A stretch of 43,523 nucleotides of DNA from a virus (lineage: Duplodnaviria; Caudoviricetes). Under the pieces are notes generated by a model. That model ran no database searches, had not been told where the DNA came from, and saw only the letters and a list, made by a program, of their open reading frames with translations. Shown here piece by piece: positions 33,068-40,606 of this stretch. The stretch spans positions 1 through 43,523 of the IMG/VR virus record IMGVR_UViG_3300027874_000004; one strand, given 5' to 3'. How positions within the stretch are numbered: position 1 is the first letter of the stretch; each line of letters opens with the position of its first letter. Made by a program: the position numbers and the translations under genes.

Positions 33068-33261
33068 TCCTGTTTACTAACCACCAACGTTAGGCAACAT
33101 TGAGCAACAAAAAGTGTTTTACCGGGAAAATCGGATAGATTTACTGCGGGGGGAGGATATGGCCTGAGCCTTCCCGCGACCCTTGCCCTAGCTGCCTGGA
33201 TGGTCACCCGGGGGGCCTCTCCCCGCCCGGCCCCGGGTGGTCCCATTGTCAAAGGCCGCGT

Positions 33262-33720
33262 TTAAGCCTTTGATTTTCCTCGCTTTGCCGATGTTCCCTT
33301 AGCATCTGGCGCGGTCGGCTCATCCTCGATCAGGCGCGGATTCGCCTCGACCTGGGCGAGCTGGTCAACGCTCGTAACCTGTTGATATTGCCCATCTATC
33401 TGCGGCGCATCGCTGAACCGCAGCACCTGCACCGTGATCGGCGCCTCGGAATTGCCCGAGATCTCAAGGGCTTGCATGTCAGGAAGCACTTTCCTAAGCA
33501 ACGCGAGCCCAACCATAGCTTGTGTGCGCGTCAAGCGCGCCGAGCGCGGATTATCGGGGTCATCCTTGGCAAAATCCTGAAGCCTCGTAATGAGAACTCG
33601 GGTTTGGATGAGATTACGGAGGTTTATGAGGTTTTGCGGCGAGGGCGCGCGATTGATTGGAACGCGTCGGTCGTGTGGTGTGAGCGGTTTAGGTGCTCTG
33701 ATTGCGGCGTGCTTGGGCAC
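33262..33720 (-). CDS. terS: Terminase small subunit
   Basis: IQTRVLITRLQDFA ... TQA...ALLRKVLPDMQALEISG pattern. Confidence 0.75.
   Translation of the reverse strand: MPKHAAIRAPKPLTPHDRRVPINRAPSPQNLINLRNLIQTRVLITRLQDFAKDDPDNPRSARLTRTQAMVGLALLRKVLPDMQALEISGNSEAPITVQVLRFSDAPQIDGQYQQVTSVDQLAQVEANPRLIEDEPTAPDAKGTSAKRGKSKA
33263..33275 (-). promoter_or_regulatory. IHF consensus site at the terS 3' end
   Basis: Reverse strand AATCAAAGGCTTA matches WATCAANNNNTTR. Confidence 0.5.
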
Positions 33721-33940
33721 TGCGCTGTCTCCATTGTGCCCAGATTGGCAGACCTAGCCCACGGTTCCTGCGATAGCTCTCGCGTGCGGCGCGGTTGCGG
33801 CATTCAAGGCAGCGCTTGTCGTATCCCGCTCGATTGTTGAGGCCGCCATTATCGGTGCGGCGCTCTTTGATCCAGGGAAACGCGCTCAGCGGCAGCTCGC
33901 GTTTGCAGCGGCTGCAGATTTTGGTGCGCTCTTCTGGCAT
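33689..33940 (-). CDS. Small Zn-finger protein
   Basis: KICSRCKRELPLSAF ... CLECR, resembling the N-terminal Zn domain of HNH/EndoVII nucleases without a nuclease domain. Confidence 0.65.
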   Translation of the reverse strand: MPEERTKICSRCKRELPLSAFPWIKERRTDNGGLNNRAGYDKRCLECRNRAARESYRRNRGLGLPIWAQWRQRSAQARRNQST

Positions 33941-33966
33941 GTGTGGCGCCGTGCTATGTTGCTGGT

Positions 33967-34140
33967 GTGAACAAGCGCTCGCCAACCATCCGCGTCATCT
34001 TCATCGATGACCGCACCGACGAGATCGTTGATGTCGAGCTGCGCCGGTCAGAGGCGGTCGAGGTCTACCGTATTCTGCAGCGCTGCCTCAGCAAAAGCGA
34101 GCGGAGCAAAGCCAGACCAAAGGAGGGATGCCGATGCTAG
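33967..34140 (+). CDS. Hypothetical protein
   Basis: First ORF of a coupled plus-strand cluster; start uncertain. Confidence 0.5.
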   Translation: MNKRSPTIRVIFIDDRTDEIVDVELRRSEAVEVYRILQRCLSKSERSKARPKEGCRC

Positions 34141-34340
34141 GCCCGACCGGCAAGTTTCCGCACGGCAAGCTGAACCGTAAGGATAAGGGCGAGGTGGTGA
34201 TCGCGATCAAGCTCGATCACAAAGCCAAGACCGTGGTGCTCGATTTCGGCATCGAGCTGGACTGGATCGGCTTCGGGCCAGATGAAGCAGAAGCATTCGG
34301 CGAGGCGATGATCTCGGCCGCACAGGCATTGCGCGATTGA
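34128..34340 (+). CDS. Hypothetical phage protein
   Basis: GPTGKFPHGKL...DKGE..LDFG..WIG; GGAGG RBS. Confidence 0.7.
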   Translation: MPMLGPTGKFPHGKLNRKDKGEVVIAIKLDHKAKTVVLDFGIELDWIGFGPDEAEAFGEAMISAAQALRD

Positions 34341-34474
34341 GCGAGGAGAGGCTGCGAGAGCTGCAGCGGATGTACCGCAACAGCAGCCGCTACATCTGGC
34401 TCGGCGCCGCCCTCACCGTGATCAACCTCGCCTGCACCGCCCTCAATATCGGCCGCATCCTCGGGAGCTGGTGA
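34337..34474 (+). CDS. Small single-TM protein (45 aa, not in ORF track)
   Basis: TTGA overlap; YIWLGAALTVINLACTALNIG. Confidence 0.55.
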   Translation: MSEERLRELQRMYRNSSRYIWLGAALTVINLACTALNIGRILGSW

Positions 34475-34578
34475 TGCGCTGGATCGAACGCAGCCTGGTG
34501 CTCACTGCCCTCGGTTGGCTCGTCGGCGCCGGCATTGCGACCCGAGCAGCATGGCGCCCACAGATCGATGGCCCATGA
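34474..34578 (+). CDS. Small hydrophobic peptide (34 aa, not in ORF track)
   Basis: TGATG coupling; MRWIERSLVLTALGWLVGAGIAT. Confidence 0.45.
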   Translation: MRWIERSLVLTALGWLVGAGIATRAAWRPQIDGP

Positions 34579-34581
34579 TGG

Positions 34582-35121
34582 TCACCGGCCGGCATAGCGC
34601 TGCTGCCAGCCATAGCCAGGCGGCGGCATCTGGCCCGTGCGGCGGGCGTAGTCGAGCGCGACGTTGAGCGGCCGATCCGTGCTCCACGGCTGACTGCCGT
34701 ACCAAGCCGCCGTCCAGTTCAGGGCAGCGTCTTGCGAACGCTGGCTGAAATCCGTGATGCCAAGCGCGTCGCTGGCCTCATGCCACAGCTTCGGCTCCCA
34801 TTGCGCCACGCCAGCACCGTGCGATCTGCCATAGCCTGGGTTCATCACGCCGGGCCAAAGCGGGTGACCACTCGGATCGGTCGGATAATCATAAGCGCTG
34901 ACCGATGGCGGCATGCGCGCCAACCGACCATAATTGTTGTTGCTCTCGTATTCCTTAACCATGCTCGTCAGCAACCCCAACGGCACCCCTGCACGGGTCG
35001 GCGTGTCAGGCGGTAGCTGCGAGTAGTAGTCGTAATTCCACCCCTGTGTCGGGATCGGCGGCATGTTAGCGGCGGGCGCGGAGGCCTGACCGCTGTAATC
35101 ATAGAAATCTTGGTCAGGCAT
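34582..35121 (-). CDS. Lysozyme-fold (lambda-R/Rpf-like) muralytic enzyme
   Basis: YES..NY, HGAG.AQW, LGITDFS.RSQD.A, G.QPW; Pro/Tyr-rich N-terminus. Confidence 0.75.
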   Translation of the reverse strand: MPDQDFYDYSGQASAPAANMPPIPTQGWNYDYYSQLPPDTPTRAGVPLGLLTSMVKEYESNNNYGRLARMPPSVSAYDYPTDPSGHPLWPGVMNPGYGRSHGAGVAQWEPKLWHEASDALGITDFSQRSQDAALNWTAAWYGSQPWSTDRPLNVALDYARRTGQMPPPGYGWQQRYAGR

Positions 35122-35149
35122 GGCGCTATGTTGGCCGACCAGCTCGAGG

Positions 35150-35470
35150 CTAAGGGTTCGTCGCGATCGTGATGGCGTTCGAGGCCTGCGAGCCGGCGCC
35201 GCCCAGATTGCGCGCCGTCACCATGCAATCAACCGCCTTCGTCACGTCGGCCGTCTTTGGCGTGTACTTGCTGCCGGTCGCGCCCACGATCGCAACGCCG
35301 GCCTGGCGCCACTGATAGGCGTACTCGCGCGGGTTGCCGTTCCATGTCCCGGTCGTTACCACCAGCTCCTGGCCGTTCTTGCCGCTGCCGCTGACAACCG
35401 GCGCAGCCGTATTGGTCGGGACCGGCGTGTTGGCCCGGCCGTTCTCAAGCAACACCGCAAAATCGCTCAT
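35150..35470 (-). CDS. Ig-like domain protein, possible decoration protein
   Basis: P.NT.AP.VSG....G..L..T.GTW...YAYQW..GATGS.YT...D....C.VTA.N. Confidence 0.8.
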   Translation of the reverse strand: MSDFAVLLENGRANTPVPTNTAAPVVSGSGKNGQELVVTTGTWNGNPREYAYQWRQAGVAIVGATGSKYTPKTADVTKAVDCMVTARNLGGAGSQASNAITIATNP

Positions 35471-35500
35471 AGGCACCTCTCAGAGCGCGCCACAGCACGT

Positions 35501-35704
35501 TTAGCTGATCCTGGGCAGCGATAACCCATCGAGCTGCTCGAGCGCGTCCAGGGCCGCCAGAACCGCCCGCTGGGCATTCCTCACCGCCAGGCGGTCGAGG
35601 TAAGTGTCGGCCGCGACCCGGCATCGGTGCGCCCGCCCAGCCTCGCGCCACTGGTAGCGGCATTCACGCTCGACCGAACTGATCAGCCGGCGAGGATCAG
35701 CCAC
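35501..35704 (-). CDS. Hypothetical protein
   Basis: Operon context. Confidence 0.5.
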   Translation of the reverse strand: MADPRRLISSVERECRYQWREAGRAHRCRVAADTYLDRLAVRNAQRAVLAALDALEQLDGLSLPRIS

Positions 35705-35826
35705 AGCGATACCAGGGCAACAGCCAGCCAGCCCAGATGCGGCGGGCGCGGCCAGGATGGCGGGCTGCCGAATACCGCCTCGATCAAGGCCAGCACGAAC
35801 GCCGCGACCAATAGGATCAGGTGCAT
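35683..35826 (-). CDS. Small two-TM membrane protein (holin candidate)
   Basis: MHLILLVAAFVLALIEAVFG..HLGWLAVALVSLWLILAG. Confidence 0.6.
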   Translation of the reverse strand: MHLILLVAAFVLALIEAVFGSPPSWPRPPHLGWLAVALVSLWLILAG

Positions 35827-35827
35827 C

Positions 35828-35860
35828 TGTTGCGCTCGCCTACAATCGACATGTATACAT
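35828..35860. promoter_or_regulatory. Divergent promoter region with a perfect box
   Basis: TGTTGCGCTCGCCTACA (35828-35844, box on reverse strand); TTGCGC-N18-TATACA; palindrome ATGTATACAT. Confidence 0.65.
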
Positions 35861-35869
35861 TCGCCCCGA

Positions 35870-36286
35870 ATGCGGCGAGATCCGGCCAATCCGCTGAAAT
35901 TGCTGGTGCAGCGCTTGTGCAAAGAGCGCGGCATGACATTGCAGCAGCTTTATGCCAAGGCGGGCGTCAACAGAGCCTATTTGAGCGAGGTGCCGGCGCA
36001 CGGTTGGCGCCCCGACAAAATGACGAGGATGGCCGTGGCGCTCGGCGTATCGCTGGAAACGCTGCAAGCCGCATCCGCAAACAAAGCCACGGATGGCGCC
36101 GATGAGGTGGACATGATGGCAATGGCGATAAAAGCGGCAATCGAGGCCGCGCCTGGCGAAACCACAAAATCCAGCAAAATTGCAGTAAAATTGATCAAGC
36201 TGCAGCAATGGCGGGCATCCTCGAGCGAGCCGCCGCTCAGTCATCGCGCCCTAGCAGAGATTGCGAGACTGCTCCTTTTGCCCTAA
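35870..36286 (+). CDS. Second XRE-family repressor-like protein
   Basis: ERGMTLQQLYAKAGVNRAYLSE..MAVALGVSLETL; has its own terminator. Confidence 0.85.
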   Translation: MRRDPANPLKLLVQRLCKERGMTLQQLYAKAGVNRAYLSEVPAHGWRPDKMTRMAVALGVSLETLQAASANKATDGADEVDMMAMAIKAAIEAAPGETTKSSKIAVKLIKLQQWRASSSEPPLSHRALAEIARLLLLP

Positions 36287-36323
36287 GCGCGCGTTAGCCG
36301 ACAAAGCCAGCAACCAACCTACC

Positions 36324-36350
36324 GAGCCGGGGCAACCCGGCTCTTTTTTT
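36324..36350 (+). terminator. Rho-independent terminator
   Basis: GAGCCGGG-GCAA-CCCGGCTC followed by T7. Confidence 0.92.
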
Positions 36351-36454
36351 GCCAATACCGGGAGCGCCGGATCGCACTCGATAGGCCCAGCGCCCGAAAG
36401 GCGCGATCGAGGGCGCGCTGCAGCCGCTGCGTGCGGCGATACCGGCGAGTCCGC

Positions 36455-36652
36455 TCAGCCGGGGTCACGCTCTACCGCACCAATGCGCCGCAGCATTGCC
36501 TCGGCCTCTTCGCGGCTGCGAAAGACCCTCGATACATACCGCTTGCCGCGCCACACCCGCCAATGCTCGGGCGCGTTTGACCCGCGCCGCTGCGACCGAC
36601 GAACGTGCAGCAGGTTATCGGGTCTTGCTGGTGTGCCTGGGTTCGCGGCCAT
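36455..36652 (-). CDS. Small basic protein
   Basis: HWRVWRGKRYVSRVFRSREEAE; operon context. Confidence 0.5.
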   Translation of the reverse strand: MAANPGTPARPDNLLHVRRSQRRGSNAPEHWRVWRGKRYVSRVFRSREEAEAMLRRIGAVERDPG

Positions 36653-36929
36653 GAATGTTGAGGCCTTTGACGCTCGGATGCAGCGCCAGGCCGCCCTGAC
36701 CGGCGCCGAGGCCGTCCGTTGCCCCTGCGGGCGCCCTGGGAGCCGCTAGGGCGGCCTGTACCGGAGGCGGCGCACCTGGGGTAGCCGGAACCGGCTCATC
36801 GTCACCAGCGGCGCTGGCAATAGCCTGCAGCGCCATCGCCGCTTTTGGCCCGACCTTGGCTGCCGGCGGCGTGCGACCAGTGCGCTTGGCACGGGCGCGG
36901 GCAGACGGAACCTTGCCGACGAATGCCAT
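36615..36929 (-). CDS. Basic Ala/Pro-rich protein
   Basis: AAGGGA RBS. Confidence 0.55.
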   Translation of the reverse strand: MAFVGKVPSARARAKRTGRTPPAAKVGPKAAMALQAIASAAGDDEPVPATPGAPPPVQAALAAPRAPAGATDGLGAGQGGLALHPSVKGLNIHGREPRHTSKTR

Positions 36930-36931
36930 GG

Positions 36932-37249
36932 CTATGTCCCTTTCGCCGGATAGGCGTCACCGAAATCGCGGAACTCGCGGTATTTGTGCCATTGCAGTTC
37001 TTCGCCGGGCGTCTCGAGCAAAACGTGGTCTGCGAGCCATTTGAGGCTCGGGTAGCAGAGACCCTGTTTCCCATCATAAAACACGGACACGCTCGCCTCG
37101 GGAACGCCACTCTGAACCAGTAGCCTAGCCAGGCCGGTCACCGCGTTGAGGTGATGCTCGCAAACATGGTCGCCGCACCTGGCCTGCCAGCGGATGCCGC
37201 GCTCGGGCGTCTGCGTGCCGGGCAGCGGCGTCATGTCGAAGCGGATCAT
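36932..37249 (-). CDS. Hypothetical protein
   Basis: GAGG RBS, ATGA overlap. Confidence 0.7.
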   Translation of the reverse strand: MIRFDMTPLPGTQTPERGIRWQARCGDHVCEHHLNAVTGLARLLVQSGVPEASVSVFYDGKQGLCYPSLKWLADHVLLETPGEELQWHKYREFRDFGDAYPAKGT

Positions 37250-37563
37250 TTCCTCGAGGTCGGCGGCGGGTAGCGCGGCTCTTCCATCGCTGCAGCGGCG
37301 CTCTTGTCCCAGGCGAGGCCGCCGACGCCGGTCAGCGACTTGTCGGTCGGCTCGGGCCGGTCAACCTGCTTCTGCGCGATCGACTGGCCGCCGGCCTGGC
37401 GCGAGCTGCGCCATCCGAGCATGCCCAGCTTGTAGCCATCGCCGCCCTGACGATTGCCGCTGCCGCCCGAGCTGTTGCCGGCCGAGCCGCCGCCCTTGCC
37501 ACGGTCGCGCCGATTGGGCGCGGCGCCGCGGCCGGGGAAAATCCCGCGAGACTTAGATTTCAT
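37246..37563 (-). CDS. Basic Gly-rich protein
   Basis: GC3-biased; operon context. Confidence 0.6.
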   Translation of the reverse strand: MKSKSRGIFPGRGAAPNRRDRGKGGGSAGNSSGGSGNRQGGDGYKLGMLGWRSSRQAGGQSIAQKQVDRPEPTDKSLTGVGGLAWDKSAAAAMEEPRYPPPTSRK

Positions 37564-37789
37564 TTGGGGAGCCTGCTGGCTGGGGGCGGGTCGCGCCGCC
37601 TATCTCATTGATACGCTGATCTGCTTCAGCTCGCAACATCGACGTTTGCGGCGTAAACGGCTCAGGAATCATGTCGCTGATTCCCGGCAGGCCAGGCCTC
37701 GGCCGCAGCGCCGGTACGCGGCACCAGCAGCTCGCCCAGTAGCGGCCATGCGGGCAGGTGAGCGGCCGGCCGCGAAATGGCTCGGTCAT
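37553..37789 (-). CDS. Hypothetical protein
   Basis: ATGA overlap; CPHG..C.C. Confidence 0.5.
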   Translation of the reverse strand: MTEPFRGRPLTCPHGRYWASCWCRVPALRPRPGLPGISDMIPEPFTPQTSMLRAEADQRINEIGGATRPQPAGSPNEI

Positions 37790-38010
37790 GGCTTCAGCGC
37801 CCGATAGGTCTGCGAATCCTGACCGAGCAGCGCATCGCCCTCGCGGTGGACCCAGCCGTTGCGGATCAGCAGCTCTGCGGTCGGAGCCGGCACCGCGGCG
37901 CCGTTCTGCAGCGAATACCGCGGCGCGCCATCGGCCTGGTAGGTCTTCATCAGCGGCGACCGCGCGATCCGGCGCAGCCACTGCGCCTGCACCTCTGTCG
38001 GCTTTCTCAT
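37786..38010 (-). CDS. Hypothetical protein
   Basis: GGAGG RBS, ATGA overlap. Confidence 0.7.
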   Translation of the reverse strand: MRKPTEVQAQWLRRIARSPLMKTYQADGAPRYSLQNGAAVPAPTAELLIRNGWVHREGDALLGQDSQTYRALKP

Positions 38011-38510
38011 CGCCCCTCCGGTGCCAGCTCGTAATGGTCGGCGAGCACGTCCAGGCCCAACTTGACCACGCCCATCAGCTCCTGCCGGTTGCGCCTGGTC
38101 GAGCGCGCCAGGGCGGCGATCGAGATCTCGCCGCCGCCGATCACGCCCAGGCAGACCGGGACGACGTAGTGCCAGAGGTGCGCGCCGAGGGCCTGCATCG
38201 CGGTCTGGTAGCGCTTGACCGCCGCCAGGCGCGCGTCGGCGTAGTACCAGCCAGGGCTGCCGCCACTGCCGACCCGATCCCGCCCGCCGGCCACGCCCAG
38301 CTCGAAATCAAGCCGCAGCAGCTCACCGGCCTCGGCCTGGCGCGCCGAGATGCTGCCGTCGCGCCGCAGCCGCTCGATCGTCGACAGCGCCCGGTACATC
38401 CGAGCACCAGCTCGAGCCGGCTCCTGCTCGGTCCCGATCGCGGGCGCCGATAGGAACGAGCTGCGCCTGGCGCGCTCGGTCGTCGGAGCGTTCTCAGGCG
38501 ACGTGGTCAT
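38007..38510 (-). CDS. DUF6456-like putative late regulator (Q-like position)
   Basis: L.RDG.IS.RQ.EAGE.LR.DF ... VC ... LGLDVLADHY; follows the replication cluster. Confidence 0.7.
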   Translation of the reverse strand: MTTSPENAPTTERARRSSFLSAPAIGTEQEPARAGARMYRALSTIERLRRDGSISARQAEAGELLRLDFELGVAGGRDRVGSGGSPGWYYADARLAAVKRYQTAMQALGAHLWHYVVPVCLGVIGGGEISIAALARSTRRNRQELMGVVKLGLDVLADHYELAPEGR

Positions 38511-38850
38511 CGCCCTGGACATGCGCGTTGTGCGGATCGACAGGCTCGACATCGTGCTCGCCGGTCGCCTCGGCCTCGGCGACGGCCAAAGCGACATCGC
38601 CCTCGTGCGGCAGCAGGTCGTTGATCACCGGCTCGCCCAGGACCGGCCGCGTATCGGCGGCGATGGGGGCCTGAAAGCGTGCCAGAGCCGCCTGCGCCAT
38701 CCCGATGCTGTCGTGCAGATTGCGCAGTACCGAGACCGCCTCGATCACCGAGCCGCCGCTTGCCAGGTACGTCTCGAAATCGGCATAGCCGAGATACTTG
38801 CACCAGCGCTTGAGCTGGCGCGCCTGGTGCTGTTCCTGCGTGTACGGCAT
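38494..38850 (-). CDS. Hypothetical protein
   Basis: TGATG coupling, GGGGAG RBS. Confidence 0.65.
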   Translation of the reverse strand: MPYTQEQHQARQLKRWCKYLGYADFETYLASGGSVIEAVSVLRNLHDSIGMAQAALARFQAPIAADTRPVLGEPVINDLLPHEGDVALAVAEAEATGEHDVEPVDPHNAHVQGDDHVA

Positions 38851-39257
38851 CACAAAAACTCCCCGGTGTTGACAAACTCGCGATTGCTCAATCCGTAGAC
38901 ATCGCCCTCGATTGCAGGCGGTTCGCGTCCTGCCGAGACCATCACCGCAGCAATTCGGTCGAGCACTTGCCACAGCCGGTAATTGATCTCGCGACCGGAA
39001 GCCCGCAGGACTAGAAACCCACGCCGCTCAATGTCGTATTGGCGTGCTTCGTCATAAGCCTGCTGTTGGGCGCCGTGAAACTCCGCACCGTCGCATTCCA
39101 CGACAAGTCTTCGACCGTCAGGCAAAGGGATTAGAAAATCCACCCGCCAAGGCCCAATCCAGTGCTGAGCGAAAAAGTCTTCCTCTGGTTTCAACCGGAG
39201 CACTTTGACCAAACCACGTGCCAACCGCTCTTCGATCGGGCTTTCTACAGCGGGCAT
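38850..39257 (-). CDS. DUF559 / Vsr-like endonuclease
   Basis: SPIE..L, Q..IGPWRVDF, VVECDG..FH, D..R...I..RGF.VLR. Confidence 0.88.
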   Translation of the reverse strand: MPAVESPIEERLARGLVKVLRLKPEEDFFAQHWIGPWRVDFLIPLPDGRRLVVECDGAEFHGAQQQAYDEARQYDIERRGFLVLRASGREINYRLWQVLDRIAAVMVSAGREPPAIEGDVYGLSNREFVNTGEFL

Positions 39258-39784
39258 TCCTCACCCTCTTTTTCGCGTTCTTCCTGTGCGCTATCGGCGA
39301 TAATGGTTTTCCACCGCGCGGCCCGCTGGTCGTACCAAGCGGCAAAGTCGGCGTAGCCTTCAGCGTGAGCCATGCGCTCGCGGTAGAGTGCGGCTTCGCG
39401 GTATTCCTGCTGTTTTTGTCGCCGGATTTCGGCGCGGATCGCAGCCGCATCGTGTCGCTCGGGTGGCGGCAAAGCGATCCGCGTTGAACGTCGCTGAGCC
39501 AAGCCGCACAATTCTCGCAGGTCAGCCGGCGTCGGTCGTCGCGTTTGTGAGCGTCGCCAAGCGGTACAGGCTTCGGCCACGATCTCGGGACTGAACTCAG
39601 CCAGGTCATCGACCCAGTCCTGGGCGATTGCGGCCCGCGCAGTGTCTGGCAATTGCTGCGCTGTCCAGTAGTGCAGCATCAGCCTAGCAATCCATGCCCC
39701 AATCTGCCGCCGCCGTTCCGCGTCTTGTGACCCGTTCAAACGCGGCGGTCTCGGCAGCATGCGGGTCTTGGCGTCGCCGTCCAT
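39245..39784 (-). CDS. Putative helicase loader/inhibitor-like replication protein
   Basis: DW.DDL.EF...V..AC..WRR....RPTPADL; directly after the initiator gene. Confidence 0.6.
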   Translation of the reverse strand: MDGDAKTRMLPRPPRLNGSQDAERRRQIGAWIARLMLHYWTAQQLPDTARAAIAQDWVDDLAEFSPEIVAEACTAWRRSQTRRPTPADLRELCGLAQRRSTRIALPPPERHDAAAIRAEIRRQKQQEYREAALYRERMAHAEGYADFAAWYDQRAARWKTIIADSAQEEREKEGEECPL

Positions 39785-40397
39785 TGCCACGCTCCTTTAG
39801 GCATCCAAGGAAAAACGCAATCGGATCGACAGCGCCTGCGGTCTCGCAGGCGATGATGGCTTCCATGACGGCAGGCGGACCGTGCTCCTTCACGGAGCGG
39901 CCGAGCAACGCGCGAGAGGACGGCCCGAGAAGCTTCAGGCCGCGATCCCACATTGCCCTCACCGGGTCGCTGCCTGCAGCAGTAGAGGCGTGAGCCTCTA
40001 CTGAATCATTGGTAGTGGTAGTGGTAGTGGTAGTAGCGTGGCCGTTGCCACCACGGGTGGCGGCGCGCATCTTCTTGATTTCGTTACCTTTGGTTCCGCT
40101 TTCTGAGAGCTTTCCGAGACGTTTCTGAACCGTTTCCAACTCGTTTTCAGAGCGTTTCTGACCGATTTCCGGACCGTTTCTGACGATTTTCTGTGCGCTG
40201 CACAAACGCGCCAAGGATGCATTGAGGGCGTTGCCATGCGCGCGGCAGTGGCGGCGCAGCAGCTCCTCGTTGATCCGGCCGCCTCGGCTGTAGATCAGGC
40301 AGCAGATCGTGATGTAGACACCGCGGTCGAACTCGCTCAGCTCGGCCGTGCCGGCGAGCCATTCGTCGGGATACCAATCGATGCGCCTGATCTTCAT
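39684..40397 (-). CDS. Replication initiator, DUF1376/YdaU-like
   Basis: WYPDEWLAGT..LS..DRGVYI.I..LIY..GG; internal iterons. Confidence 0.85.
   Translation of the reverse strand: MKIRRIDWYPDEWLAGTAELSEFDRGVYITICCLIYSRGGRINEELLRRHCRAHGNALNASLARLCSAQKIVRNGPEIGQKRSENELETVQKRLGKLSESGTKGNEIKKMRAATRGGNGHATTTTTTTTNDSVEAHASTAAGSDPVRAMWDRGLKLLGPSSRALLGRSVKEHGPPAVMEAIIACETAGAVDPIAFFLGCLKERGNGRRRQDPHAAETAAFERVTRRGTAAADWGMDC
40099..40197. repeat. Nine 11-bp phased repeats, probable replication origin iterons
   Basis: ctttctgagag ctttccgagac gtttctgaacc gtttccaactc gttttcagagc gtttctgaccg atttccggacc gtttctgacga ttttctgtgcg. Confidence 0.8.
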
Positions 40398-40398
40398 T

Positions 40399-40605
40399 TC
40401 AGGCGACCCGGAGCTTGCGCGCGATGCCGGCGGCCAGGGCGCGCTCCTTCTCGGCCCGCGCCAGGTGACGGACCACGGTCTCGGCGCTGACCGGCCAGGG
40501 CAGCCGCACGCCGACCGCCGCAAGCATTTCCCAATGCTTGAGATCCTGCCCCTTCCAGAACAGGTACTGCTCGATCGCCAGCTCGTATGCGTCGTCGCCG
40601 GGCAC
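40399..40605 (-). CDS. Hypothetical protein
   Basis: Operon context, codon bias. Confidence 0.6.
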   Translation of the reverse strand: MPGDDAYELAIEQYLFWKGQDLKHWEMLAAVGVRLPWPVSAETVVRHLARAEKERALAAGIARKLRVA

Positions 40606-40606
40606 G

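Noticed and set aside
38850-39257. DUF559 nuclease as a trans-acting homing endonuclease for the intron
   Set aside because: It is more than 15 kb away in a usual replication-region context; no sequence evidence links them
40099-40197. CRISPR array
   Set aside because: Short degenerate repeats without spacers inside a CDS; no cas genes or repeat-spacer array seen anywhere
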